Below, one piece after another: positions 47,224 to 56,730 of a DNA stretch of 64,000 nt. This DNA is from Acidobacteriota bacterium (GTDB taxonomy: Bacteria; Acidobacteriota; Terriglobia; Terriglobales; Acidobacteriaceae). Positions within the stretch are counted from its first letter, which is position 1. Each line of letters starts with the position of its first letter. The position numbers were made by a program, and so were the translations under genes. The notes below the pieces were generated by a model. The model saw nothing but the letters and a program-made list of their open reading frames with translations, had not been told where the DNA came from and ran no database searches. The stretch spans positions 10,909 to 74,908 of the forward strand of contig QIAP01000055.1 of the NCBI GenBank assembly GCA_003225075.1. The letters run 5' to 3'.

Positions 47224-48519
47224 TCATTGCGATCGATACACCAGCTCGCCGCCCACAATTGTTACCACTGCCTTCCCTATGAACTGCCACCCATCAAAGG
47301 GAGTGTTGTGAGATTTCGAAAGCGATTTGGAGGCTTCGAATCGCCATCGTTTCTTGGGATCGAAGATGGTCACGTCGGCGAAGCTTCCGCGCGCCAGTGA
47401 GCCGCGCCCGCGCAGGCCGAAGACGCGGGCGGGACCCGAAGTGAAGAGTTCGACGATACGGCTGAGGGGGATTGCGTACTGGCGATGCAGGCGAGTGATG
47501 GCAAGGGCAAGCGCGGTCTCCAGGCCGGTAATGCCGAAGGGAGCGCGCTCAAACTCCACCAATTTTTCGTGCAGGGCGTGCGGGGCGTGATCGGTAGCGA
47601 TGGCGTCCACCGTGCCATCGGCAAGGCCTACGATGAGGGCTTCACGGTCAGAGGCGGAACGCAACGGCGGATTCATTTTGAAGTTGCTGTCGTACTCACC
47701 GACCGATTCGTCCGTAAGAGTGAAATGATGTGGAGTGACCTCGCATGTGACGTGCGCTTTGCTGCGCTTGCCGCGACGCACTGCCTTGAGCGCGTCGGCG
47801 GTCGAGAGGTGGGCCACGTGCAGTCGTGCGCCGGGAAATTGCTGTGCCAGTTGCACGTCGCGATCTACAATGCTGGCTTCTGCCGACGCCTTCATCCCTC
47901 GTAAGCCCAGGCGGAAGGCGGTCGGGCTATCATTCATTGAGCATCCCTGCGTAGCGCGGGTGTCTTCGGCATGCTGCACGATGGTTAGGTCAATATCGGC
48001 GCTTTGTCGAAGCGCTTCACGCATGATGTCATCGCTGAGAATCGGTTTTCCGTCATCCGTAATTGCCACCGCACCGGCGCGCTGGAGTTCACGGAAATCG
48101 GTAATTACAGCGCCCTTGCTGGCGCGAGTCGCGGCCGCGATGGGAAAGACGTTGAGCATCGCCCCGCGTTCTGGCTGGCGCAACCACGACACCCATTGCG
48201 GCGAGTCCACGACCGGGGAGGTATTTGGCATGCAGCAGATGGATGTAAATCCACCGGCGGCTGCGGCTGCGGTTCCAGTGGCGATTGTTTCTTTGTGGCT
48301 CTGGCCCGGTTCGCGCAGGTGCACGTGCAGATCTATAAATCCCGGGGACACGATCAGGCCCCGGGCATCGAATTTCTCATCGGCTCCGCCACGGATCTTG
48401 TTGGGCGTAGCGATTTCAGCTACCCGGCCGTCACGTAGCAGGAGATCCATGGGTGCGTCAATGCGCGCCGCAGGATCGATAACGTGTCCGCCGCGAATTA
48501 GACAAGATCTGGACTTCAT
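47224..48519 (-). CDS. pyrC: Dihydroorotase
   Basis: 'PGFIDLHVHLREPG' and 'ATDHAPH'. A 4-nt overlap links it to pyrB. Confidence 0.9.
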   Translation of the reverse strand: MKSRSCLIRGGHVIDPAARIDAPMDLLLRDGRVAEIATPNKIRGGADEKFDARGLIVSPGFIDLHVHLREPGQSHKETIATGTAAAAAGGFTSICCMPNTSPVVDSPQWVSWLRQPERGAMLNVFPIAAATRASKGAVITDFRELQRAGAVAITDDGKPILSDDIMREALRQSADIDLTIVQHAEDTRATQGCSMNDSPTAFRLGLRGMKASAEASIVDRDVQLAQQFPGARLHVAHLSTADALKAVRRGKRSKAHVTCEVTPHHFTLTDESVGEYDSNFKMNPPLRSASDREALIVGLADGTVDAIATDHAPHALHEKLVEFERAPFGITGLETALALAITRLHRQYAIPLSRIVELFTSGPARVFGLRGRGSLARGSFADVTIFDPKKRWRFEASKSLSKSHNTPFDGWQFIGKAVVTIVGGELVYRSQ

Positions 48520-49430
48520 CTTGCCTTACCGACTGCCCGCGCCAGGATTGCCATGCGCGTGGGCACACCATTCTGGACTTCCTCGAGTATCTTGGATTGC
48601 GGAGAATCGGCGACGTCGCCGCTTAATTCCAGTCCGCGAATGATCGGGCCGGGGTGCATAACGATAGCATCGCGTTTTGCCAGCTTCAGCCTTGCGGGCG
48701 TCATTTGGTAGCGCGCTATGTAGTCCGACAATTTGATCTTCAATCCAGCAAGCCTTTCTTTCTGCACGCGCAGCAGCATGATTACATCTGTCCCGCGAAC
48801 TGCCTCTTCCAGATGACGAGTAACGCGGACACCCGTCGCAAGCGTGGTCGCCACGTCGGGCAGAAGTTCTGGCGGTCCACACAGGATGATCTTGACTCCG
48901 AACTTGCTAAGTAAGTGGATGGCACTTCGTGCCACGCGGCTGTGGTAAATATCCCCGATGATGGCAACCTGCAGGCCTTTGAATGTCTTCTTGTAGCGCA
49001 GGATGGTATACGCGTCCAGCAGGGCCTGGGAGGGATGCTCATGCATGCCGTCGCCCGCGTTGATCACTGGAACATCGAGATGGGATGCCAATAGATGAGG
49101 TGCCCCGGCACAGGGGTGCCGAATCACGATTGCGTCTGCACCAATAGCGCGCAGGGTGTAGCCGGTGTCGAGAAGCGACTCACCTTTCTCGATGCTGGAG
49201 CCGCTCGCCTGAATGAGCGTAGTGATTGCACCAAGAGACTTGGCTGCCACTTCGAACGAAGCACGGGTGCGAGTAGAAGGCTCGTAGAAGAGGAGTATTA
49301 CCCGCTTGCCCCGCAGCAGGGGACGGGGCTTGAGCGGGTTCATGCGTCTCGCCAGCTTCAGCAACGCGAGAATTTCCGGCGCTTGTAAATGTTCAATACT
49401 AAGCAACGAACGTCGCGCGACTTGGATCAT
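48516..49430 (-). CDS. pyrB: Aspartate carbamoyltransferase catalytic subunit
   Basis: 'FYEPSTRTRASFE', 'HPSQALLD', 'HPGP'. Confidence 0.95.
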   Translation of the reverse strand: MIQVARRSLLSIEHLQAPEILALLKLARRMNPLKPRPLLRGKRVILLFYEPSTRTRASFEVAAKSLGAITTLIQASGSSIEKGESLLDTGYTLRAIGADAIVIRHPCAGAPHLLASHLDVPVINAGDGMHEHPSQALLDAYTILRYKKTFKGLQVAIIGDIYHSRVARSAIHLLSKFGVKIILCGPPELLPDVATTLATGVRVTRHLEEAVRGTDVIMLLRVQKERLAGLKIKLSDYIARYQMTPARLKLAKRDAIVMHPGPIIRGLELSGDVADSPQSKILEEVQNGVPTRMAILARAVGKAR

Positions 49431-49491
49431 TTACTGTCCTGGCAACTTGTCCCGGACACCCCGCCGGCAGGCGGCTGCTCCCGACCTCCAT

Positions 49492-50067
49492 TCATCCATT
49501 CCTCTCCATGAGCAGGACTTTATCGGCATCATCAACTTCCCGGAGCTTGACTTCAATTATCTCCTTGCTTGTGGTCTGCACTTTGCGTCCTACGAAACTG
49601 GCTTCGATCGGCAACTCACGGTGGCCGCGGTCAATCAAGGCACAGAGTTGTACTTTGCTGGGCCGCCCTTCGCGGAACAGGGCATCCATGGCGGCGCGGG
49701 CGGTACGCCCGGTGTAGAGCACATCGTCCACCAGCACAATGTTTTTTCCGGTAATGGGAAACCCAATTTCAGTCTTCTGCACGACCGGCTTCGGGCCCAG
49801 GGTGGAAAGATCATCACGGTAAAGCGTTATATCGAGCGTGCCAACAGGCACTGGGATCTTCTCAATGCGACCAATCATGAGGGCCAAGCGCTGAGCCAGC
49901 GGAACTCCCCGCCGCCGGATGCCTACTAGCCCCAAGTCTGCTACTCCGTCATTTCTCTCGATGATTTCGTGGGCCAAGCGTACCAGCGTCCGCTCGATTT
50001 CCGAGGACGACATAAGCTGTGCCTTTTCGTGAATGTTGGAGAGGCGGGCAGGCAGCTTGGAGGCCAT
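49492..50067 (-). CDS. pyrR: Bifunctional pyr operon regulator / uracil phosphoribosyltransferase
   Basis: 'IERTLVRLAHEIIERN', 'LVGIRRRGVPLA', PRPP motif 'VLVDDVLYTGRTARAA'. The maximal ORF reaches 50106. The ATG at 50067 gives a typical ~191-aa PyrR. Confidence 0.9.
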   Translation of the reverse strand: MASKLPARLSNIHEKAQLMSSSEIERTLVRLAHEIIERNDGVADLGLVGIRRRGVPLAQRLALMIGRIEKIPVPVGTLDITLYRDDLSTLGPKPVVQKTEIGFPITGKNIVLVDDVLYTGRTARAAMDALFREGRPSKVQLCALIDRGHRELPIEASFVGRKVQTTSKEIIEVKLREVDDADKVLLMERNG

Positions 50068-50182
50068 GAACGCTGCATCATACGCGGGCAGAGCACTGGC
50101 GGGCAAGGTCGCGAACGCGAGGTGGAGGGAAAAACAACAATTTACAGACGTTATCCGGCCGTCCCGCGGTTTCGACGCTCTC

Positions 50183-50845
50183 TCAATGCTTTCGCTTACT
50201 CAGCAGGGCCGCACTGATAGCGCCGCCTATACTCGAGCACAGCATAAATAGCAACAATGTGACGAGCAAGCCCAGGCACAGCATCAGAGTAAGGCCTTGA
50301 GGAGACCGCAGAAATTCCACAGCTTGTTGGGTTTGGGGGTCGGTACCGGCCCGGCTGGCGACCTGCTCGATAGATTGCAGAAGCGTAGAGCGTAATTCTT
50401 TGCGTAGTTCGTCGCCGCTATGAAGGAATGCCATTTCGAGAGAGAGCAGGAGAGCCAGCGCTACCGAGCTGATGAACCCCGTCACAACGCCCAGGCGAGC
50501 GCCTACACCCGCGGTCAGAGTGGTTTGAGGGCTGCGACGATGATAGATCAGCACCGCGAATGCCCCGGAAGCCAACATGCCCAATCCGAAACCACCACCG
50601 GTGATCGCCATCGCGACCGCCGCAACGAGCCCAGCCAGAGCAGCAGCGGATAATGCGTGGGACCATTCCATTGCGGCAGGAAAGGCCACCGGATACGGCC
50701 GTGTTGAGGGTAAATCCTCAGCCGGCACCGGGGCGGAAGCCGGGAGTTCAGGTCCGGCCACACGGATCTGAGGAGCACTACACTGGCGGCAGAATGCAGT
50801 TCCGTCCTCGACCAGTACGCCGCATTGATAGCAGGAATGATCCAC
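50183..50845 (-). CDS. Zinc-ribbon domain membrane protein (unknown function)
   Basis: N-terminal 'CYQCGVLVEDGTAFCRQCSAPQ' (CxxC-X11-CxxC), followed by about 4 predicted TM segments. Confidence 0.6.
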   Translation of the reverse strand: MDHSCYQCGVLVEDGTAFCRQCSAPQIRVAGPELPASAPVPAEDLPSTRPYPVAFPAAMEWSHALSAAALAGLVAAVAMAITGGGFGLGMLASGAFAVLIYHRRSPQTTLTAGVGARLGVVTGFISSVALALLLSLEMAFLHSGDELRKELRSTLLQSIEQVASRAGTDPQTQQAVEFLRSPQGLTLMLCLGLLVTLLLFMLCSSIGGAISAALLSKRKH

Positions 50846-50939
50846 CTGATTCCAAGTTACCGCAGCCAGCGCGGGGAGGCAAGGAAAGCAAACCGCATCG
50901 AGCTTCGCGCGGCAGGCCCCGTCAAATACGATCTAAGCC

Positions 50940-51641
50940 TTAAATTTCGCCCTGCTTGCCGTGCGTCTGCACGTACACCAAGGCAAAGTCTGAACCCTTG
51001 CCTTGGGGCTCGATAGAAACGATGTGCTGATTATCTTCGGTTCCAACTTTCAATTCGACAGTGTTGCCCCTGTCGCTACCTTTGCAGGTCAACTGCTTTG
51101 ATTCTTTATTGTCATCGCTCTCTTGGTCGCGGCCCATCTTATTAACCTCCACATCGCCGCCGTGTTTGCTGGTGTGGCACTCGAGCACGCTTCCGTATCT
51201 TTTCAATTTATCTTGGTAGAAGGCAATGATCTTGTCGGCAGAGTCGTCGGATAGATATTCGATGGCCACGACTTTCACGCCGAAACCCGGCCCCGAGATG
51301 TTGACATTTGCGCTCTTCTCTTGTCCGCTGGTGTCTTTTTCCTTCTTGCGTGCCCCGGGATAGACGGGAAGGCCTGTATCCCGGACGTCGGCATCTTTGC
51401 TGACGTGAATGCCTCCAACGGGAGTTTCGATGTCTACTTTCTTGTCTTCTCCCTCGGCATTTTTCTTCACATTAATACTGCACGCAGGCAGAAAGAGAAT
51501 TGCAGTGATCGCCACGACAAAGCCAATCAGCTTCAAATCCAGCCACTCTGGACTCAGTAAACCGACTGGACCAACTCTTTGCAATTCGGATCCCTTTGTC
51601 AGCTCTGCGTGGGCAGTTGCCTGTGATTGTAAAGTGCGCAT
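50940..51641 (-). CDS. Hypothetical lipoprotein / membrane-anchored protein
   Basis: 'KLIGFVVAITAILFLPAC' carries a lipobox-like LPAC. An in-frame TTG at 51536 would place this signal at the N-terminus. The rest is rich in charged residues with no recognised domain. Confidence 0.55.
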   Translation of the reverse strand: MRTLQSQATAHAELTKGSELQRVGPVGLLSPEWLDLKLIGFVVAITAILFLPACSINVKKNAEGEDKKVDIETPVGGIHVSKDADVRDTGLPVYPGARKKEKDTSGQEKSANVNISGPGFGVKVVAIEYLSDDSADKIIAFYQDKLKRYGSVLECHTSKHGGDVEVNKMGRDQESDDNKESKQLTCKGSDRGNTVELKVGTEDNQHIVSIEPQGKGSDFALVYVQTHGKQGEI

Positions 51642-51661
51642 TGAGAACCTCCAGTTGCGAA

Positions 51662-53560
51662 CTAGTGGCTGCCGCTCGATTGTGCTGGGTTCAGTGCCTG
51701 CCGTTCGATCCCGGCGCCGCGCTGGGCGACGTTAGGAATGGTGACCGGCAGGTGACCGTGGATGGCGATTTCGCCAAAAAGTGCTTTCACCGCGCTCGCT
51801 TCTGAAATCGTTGCGTTCGAAAACGTACAAACGTAGTTCTGAATGGCCGGAAAATCCTGAGCGAGGTAAGGGTTCCCCATCGCCAGGACAACGGTTCTTT
51901 CCGCCGCGTGCTCAAGGATCTCGTCAAGCAGCGCGCCCGTTGCGTCGGCCAACCCCACAGAATTTCTTGGCCCACCGGGTCCCCCCACCACCTTGCCAGC
52001 AGTCGGAATCACATACGCGGGGACGATCACCGCCTGAGCCTGGTCTACCGCCGCTAATACATCGTTCGCCATGCCCCCAGCAATGCGTGGATCCAGGTAA
52101 ATCATGTTGACATCCGGCACGCGGGCGCGGAATTCACGCTCGAATGTCCGGCCGGACTCGCTACGCACGTCGTCGGAGAAAATTACTACCACGACGTGAT
52201 TGCGCACCTCTTCCACTGATTGATACGGAAGGGGAGCTTTCCCAGTTCCCGCAATCTGTTTGGAAACGGCTTTGATGGGCAGTAGCTTCGAGTTTTCCCG
52301 AACTAGGGTAATAGCGTCATCCGCAATCTGCTGTCCAATGGCAAGGTTCTGCGGCTTGCCCACCTCCTTGGAAACGTCATCCATGTTAACGAGATGGGCT
52401 TTGTGCAGGCCAAGAGATGCCTTGGTCTCCAAGACCTTAAGGACGGATTCATCCAGCCGTGCAGACGAGATTTCGCCGCTGTGGACAGCATCGAGCATAG
52501 ACCTGTAGGAGGCATCAAGGTCTGCCGGAATGAGGAGCAGGTCATTGCCGGCCTTGAAGGCATCAACGGCGGCGCGGCCGATGTTGTTGGCGTAGAGACG
52601 GGTCAAACCGGCCATATCGAGAGCATCGGTCACGACGACGCCTTTGAAGTTGAGTTGCTTTTTCAGCAGGTCGGTAACGACAGCGGTCGAAGTTGTAGCC
52701 ACTCGATTGGGATCGGACTCGAGCGCCGGGACGGTGACATGCGCCACCATAATCGAGTCCACGCCCGATGCAATCGCCTTCTTAAACGGTGGCAGTTCGA
52801 TGTTTTGCAAGTGCCCGAGATCGACGTTCACGCGGGCGACGCCGAGATGGGAATCGGTGTCGGTCTCACCATGTCCGGGAAAGTGCTTGGCAGTGGTGAG
52901 CATGCCGCCTTCATGTGCGCCTCGAATGTAGGCAGACAATAGGTCGCCGACTTGCTGCGGATCTTCTCCGAAAGAGCGGGTGTTGATAATGGGATTCGCG
53001 GGATTGGAATTGACGTCGGCCACGGGAAAGAAGTTCCAGTGAATGCCGATAGCACGCGCTTCTTGTGCGGTGATACGGCCGAAGTTTTCCGCGTAGTCCA
53101 GTTTTCCGGCGGCACCGAATGCCATAGCGTGGGGGAACACTGTAGTCCCGTAAAGGCGCATCGAAAGGCCCCGCTCGAAATCGGCCGCAAACATCAACGG
53201 CAGCTTGGAGTCCCGCTGTAGCCGGTTCAGTATCTCCGCAGCTTCGAGAGGCTGGTTTCGGAGCAGGAAGGGGCCGTCCACCGGGACGGATACAGCCAGC
53301 GAACCTATGTGATATTTGCGAATATTGTCGCGAAGCTGGAGGTAATCCGGATTTTCCGCATTCCAAAATTGCACTCGTACCCAGATAATGAAGAGCTGGC
53401 CAACTTTTTCTTCCGGCGACAGCTTGTGCAGAGTCTTTTCCGCCCATTTTTGGCCGTCACGGTCTAGACGAATCGGGCCAGGATGTTGATAGCGTTCCTT
53501 GGCAAGCCCGGAGGAGCAGAGCAGGCACGTAAGCAGGAATAGGCTGAGCGACTTGAGCAT
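51662..53560 (-). CDS. Secreted glycoside hydrolase family 3 protein (NagZ/beta-hexosaminidase-like with extra C-terminal domain)
   Basis: Signal peptide. 'KHFPGHGETDTDSH', 'GVVVTDALDMAG'. Confidence 0.88.
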   Translation of the reverse strand: MLKSLSLFLLTCLLCSSGLAKERYQHPGPIRLDRDGQKWAEKTLHKLSPEEKVGQLFIIWVRVQFWNAENPDYLQLRDNIRKYHIGSLAVSVPVDGPFLLRNQPLEAAEILNRLQRDSKLPLMFAADFERGLSMRLYGTTVFPHAMAFGAAGKLDYAENFGRITAQEARAIGIHWNFFPVADVNSNPANPIINTRSFGEDPQQVGDLLSAYIRGAHEGGMLTTAKHFPGHGETDTDSHLGVARVNVDLGHLQNIELPPFKKAIASGVDSIMVAHVTVPALESDPNRVATTSTAVVTDLLKKQLNFKGVVVTDALDMAGLTRLYANNIGRAAVDAFKAGNDLLLIPADLDASYRSMLDAVHSGEISSARLDESVLKVLETKASLGLHKAHLVNMDDVSKEVGKPQNLAIGQQIADDAITLVRENSKLLPIKAVSKQIAGTGKAPLPYQSVEEVRNHVVVVIFSDDVRSESGRTFEREFRARVPDVNMIYLDPRIAGGMANDVLAAVDQAQAVIVPAYVIPTAGKVVGGPGGPRNSVGLADATGALLDEILEHAAERTVVLAMGNPYLAQDFPAIQNYVCTFSNATISEASAVKALFGEIAIHGHLPVTIPNVAQRGAGIERQALNPAQSSGSH

Positions 53561-53572
53561 TGGAAGACGATA

Positions 53573-53624
53573 GCAGAAGAAAGGCGCAAGGCAGAAGGCA
53601 GAAGTCAGAAGTCAGAGGCAGAAC
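53573..53624. repeat. Heptanucleotide tandem repeat (G/T)CAGAAG, about 5 contiguous copies plus one upstream copy
   Basis: GCAGAAG at 53573, then GCAGAAG GCAGAAG TCAGAAG TCAGAG GCAGAAC at 53591-53624. It lies between the miaA stop and the GH3 start. Confidence 0.8.
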
Positions 53625-53660
53625 CGGCCTGGAGCGGTCTGAGTGGGGTCTGTGGCATTC

Positions 53661-54623
53661 CTACTGAATGCGGGTGAAATCCGTGGAGAGCTCTTTCTGC
53701 ACTTGGGTAAGCGCTGCGTTTTGGATTGCAGGGTCATCTCCGAAGCCAGCCAGCCAATCTACATCTGGTTCGCGGCGGAACCATGTGATTTGGCGCTTGG
53801 CATAGTTGCGGTGAGCTTGCTGCGCTGCCGATATGGCTTGTTCCAGATCGATTTCTCCGCGCAAGAGCTGCATTGCCTGCTTATATCCAAGCGATGAGAG
53901 AGGGCCGGCAGCGTTGCTATATTTATCCAAGAGACGCCGGGTTTCTTCCACAAGGCCGGAGTCAAACATTCTCTTGGCACGCGCGTTGATGCGTTCATAG
54001 AGAGCATTGCGCTCCGGATTCAGACCGAGACGGAGGATACGGAAGCCGGTCAGGGGATCGCGGCCTTGCTTCCATATGTCAGTCATCTTCTGGTGCGAGG
54101 CGAGGCATACCTCGATCGCCCGGATAAGCTTGGGAGTGTCATTGGAATGAATCTTTGCAGCCGCGTGAGGGTCAAGGCGACTGAGAAGTCGATGCAGGTA
54201 TGCCGGAGCTTTGGTACGGGAACGGTGCCGAAGACGCTCGCGCAGAGCTTCAGACCGCTGCGGGCCGGGAAACAGACCCTCCAGCAGGGCGCGCAGGTAC
54301 AGGCCGGTGCCTCCGACTACGATGGGTAGATGGTCGTGCTTTTTTATATCTTGCAGGGCTTGCCTTGCCAGCCGTGCATACTCGCCGGCCGTGACATAGA
54401 CGGTCGGGTCCACAACATCGAGGAGATGATGGGGAACGCGTGCACGCTCGGCGGATGTTGGCTTAGCGGTGCCTATCTCAAACTCCCGGTACATGGCCAC
54501 GGAATCGCAATTCACGATTTCGCCGTTGAAGTGTTCAGCTAGGGCGAGGGAGAGAGCCGTCTTACCGCTCCCTGTGGGGCCGACGAGGGCCACGAGCAGG
54601 TGGTTCTGCATTTCCGAAGGCAC
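53661..54623 (-). CDS. miaA: tRNA dimethylallyltransferase
   Basis: GTG start. P-loop 'LVGPTGSGKTALS', 'NCDSVAMYREFEIGTAKP', 'VGGTGLYL'. Confidence 0.95.
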   Translation of the reverse strand: MPSEMQNHLLVALVGPTGSGKTALSLALAEHFNGEIVNCDSVAMYREFEIGTAKPTSAERARVPHHLLDVVDPTVYVTAGEYARLARQALQDIKKHDHLPIVVGGTGLYLRALLEGLFPGPQRSEALRERLRHRSRTKAPAYLHRLLSRLDPHAAAKIHSNDTPKLIRAIEVCLASHQKMTDIWKQGRDPLTGFRILRLGLNPERNALYERINARAKRMFDSGLVEETRRLLDKYSNAAGPLSSLGYKQAMQLLRGEIDLEQAISAAQQAHRNYAKRQITWFRREPDVDWLAGFGDDPAIQNAALTQVQKELSTDFTRIQ

Positions 54624-54857
54624 GGTCAGCGCGCGCTCCAGCTGATATTGTGCCAGTAGCGAATCAGGGTGAGGATGAGAAGCAATATCGCGATGAGGAG
54701 CAGCCCCGTGGTCTCAAGCGCGTAGACGGGATGCTTTGGGTGTTTGTTTCCAGGGGGTGACTTCTGAGGCGTCGGGGCAGACACGCGGACATTGTAGCGC
54801 CGAATACACTCACCGTCCTTTCGAGGCGGCCGGTGATAAACTACGGCGGCTTTCGCT

Positions 54858-55751
54858 ATGCCTGTGCCGCAACCCAGTTCCGCGGGACGAATCGTTAGAT
54901 TCGGGGTCTTTGAGCTTGACCTGCTCGCTGGCGAGCTGCGAAAAGGCGGAGCACGCATCCGACTACAGGAACAGCCGTTTCAAGTGCTTGCGATGCTGCT
55001 GGAGCGTCCCGGGGACGTGGTGACTCGGGATGATTTGCGCCAGAAACTTTGGCCGGCTGATACTTTTGTTGACTTCGATCACAGCTTGAACACTGCGGTA
55101 AACAAGATCCGAGAGGCGTTAGGCGATTCGGCTTCCAGTCCACGATTTGTTGAGACATTGGCTAGACGAGGTTACCGGTTCGTAGCACCGGTGCAACGGG
55201 AAGAGCCGAGAGCGGCCGTTGGCCAGATCGCAGTTGAACAGCCGGGAGCAGGGACCGGCAATGACAATTTACGCGGTACGTCCGCCGCGACGATGGCTTA
55301 TCCTGGTGCTGAATTGCCGGTTGCCCACCGTGGCGTGACGCGTGGCTTGTTCGCCCTCATCCAATTGATGTATTTGATTTTCTACCTCACCGCCCTATTC
55401 CATCTCCAAAGCCTGGACCTGATTGCGGATTCATTTCTGCCTGGCTGGGGTACGCTGACGATCATGGCGACGGTGCTAGTGACAGCGGGGGCGGGGATTC
55501 CGTTGCGTTGTTACCTGCTCTCGGCAGTCAGCTTTGACTACCGGAGAACAGGGGAGAAGTTCCGCAAGCTTTTCCCGTTTGTGTTGTTGTTGGATGAATT
55601 GTGGGCGGGGGCTCCGTTTCTCCTAACGCAGAAGATTGGTCTGGGAGCGGCATTTGCGGCTACCGCTGGATTATTGTATCTGCCCTTTTCGGAGCGGACA
55701 CTGGTGCGGATGGCATATCCCGATCGGGAGGATCGCTCGGGGGCGGTATAA
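54858..55751 (+). CDS. Membrane-bound winged-helix (OmpR/CadC/ToxR-type) transcriptional regulator
   Basis: 'FGVFELDLLAGELRKGGARIRLQEQPFQVLAMLLERPGDVVTRDDLRQKLWP...VETLARRGYRF' is a trans_reg_C DNA-binding domain without a receiver. The C-terminal half has about 4 TM helices. Confidence 0.85.
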   Translation: MPVPQPSSAGRIVRFGVFELDLLAGELRKGGARIRLQEQPFQVLAMLLERPGDVVTRDDLRQKLWPADTFVDFDHSLNTAVNKIREALGDSASSPRFVETLARRGYRFVAPVQREEPRAAVGQIAVEQPGAGTGNDNLRGTSAATMAYPGAELPVAHRGVTRGLFALIQLMYLIFYLTALFHLQSLDLIADSFLPGWGTLTIMATVLVTAGAGIPLRCYLLSAVSFDYRRTGEKFRKLFPFVLLLDELWAGAPFLLTQKIGLGAAFAATAGLLYLPFSERTLVRMAYPDREDRSGAV

Positions 55752-55846
55752 CCCAAATCTTTACAGGAACCGCGCTTACGGAATTTGCGTATCTGCGTCT
55801 GTAATCCGGGGCGGGATAAGTGTCGATCTCGGTACGAGGTGATTCA

Positions 55847-56638
55847 ATGAAACGCATAATTTGGATGCTTGTGGGACTGGGCTTGTCAGCCGCGCCACTC
55901 GCCCGCGCTGACCAATGGGCAAAGAGCTTTACCATCAGCGGCCAGCCGCAGTTGCGAGTGGAGACTTCAGATGCCCATATCCGCGTCGACACCTGGGACA
56001 AGAACACGATAGATGTGCAGGTGACAACGCAACGCTGGAAAATTGGCGAGGACGGCATCAAGATTTACCAGCACCAGACCGGCGATGCCGTGGAGCTTGA
56101 GGTCCGCTTTCCGCATCGCAACTTCAACTTCGATTTCGGTGGGCGGCGGGTGGACATCGACATTCACATGCCGAGGGAAGGTAAAGTAAACCTGCGAACC
56201 GGCGATGGCAGCATTCGCCTGGGTAATTTCAAGGGAGAGATGCAAACAGAAAGCAGCGACGGCCACCAGGAGATCGATGGCGCGGACGGTTCTCTACGCG
56301 CTCATGCAGGTGATGGTTCCATCCGGGCCAATGGACGATTCGATGCGCTGGATGTCAGCACGGGAGATGGCCACATTGACGCTCGCGCGCTTGCGGGGTC
56401 GCGGATGGCTAAGAGTTGGAACTTGCACACCGGAGATGGGAGTGTCACGCTTGAAGTACCCCAGGATATTGCGGCAGATGTGGACTTGCACACCGGCGAT
56501 GGGCATATCACGCTCGATCTGCCAATCGCAGTGGAAGGCAAGCTGGCGGAAAACAATGTGCGTGGGAAACTAAACGGCGGCGGAAATCTGCTGACGATTC
56601 GCACCGGCGATGGTTCAATTCACCTGGAGAAATCGTGA
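55847..56638 (+). CDS. Secreted DUF4097 beta-strand repeat (putative adhesin-like) protein
   Basis: Signal peptide 'MKRIIWMLVGLGLSAAPLARA'. Repeated 'TGDGSIRL', 'AGDGSIRA', 'TGDGHIDA', 'TGDGSVTL', 'TGDGHITL', 'TGDGSIHL'. Confidence 0.8.
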   Translation: MKRIIWMLVGLGLSAAPLARADQWAKSFTISGQPQLRVETSDAHIRVDTWDKNTIDVQVTTQRWKIGEDGIKIYQHQTGDAVELEVRFPHRNFNFDFGGRRVDIDIHMPREGKVNLRTGDGSIRLGNFKGEMQTESSDGHQEIDGADGSLRAHAGDGSIRANGRFDALDVSTGDGHIDARALAGSRMAKSWNLHTGDGSVTLEVPQDIAADVDLHTGDGHITLDLPIAVEGKLAENNVRGKLNGGGNLLTIRTGDGSIHLEKS

Positions 56639-56730
56639 AAGACCGTTGTTACTTTCTGTCTGTAGCTTCTGGCGGATCACCCATGGCGGGGTGTGGTAGG
56701 GGTTGTGTCAGATGCTCCGTGTTCGCTACC

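Noticed and set aside
47735-48643. 302-aa ORF antisense to pyrC/pyrB
   Set aside because: It lies entirely inside well-supported pyrC and pyrB. Its Arg/Ser/Ala-rich, low-complexity translation marks it as a shadow ORF.
49431-50182. PyrR-binding attenuator hairpins in the pyr leader and in the pyrR-pyrB spacer
   Set aside because: I could not find the conserved PyrR-binding loop (approximately ARUCCAGAGAGGYU) on the minus strand in either region. Regulation, if any, may work through a different mode.
54626-54958. 110-aa ORF (or a 52-aa GTG-start version, 54626..54784) ending 3 nt before miaA, with a hydrophobic C-terminus 'TTGLLLIAILLLILTLIRYW'
   Set aside because: The long version overlaps the well-supported CadC-like gene start. 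The short version has no Shine-Dalgarno, and its N-terminal half is Pro/Lys-rich and looks non-coding. A small membrane protein cannot be excluded, but the sequence alone does not support it.
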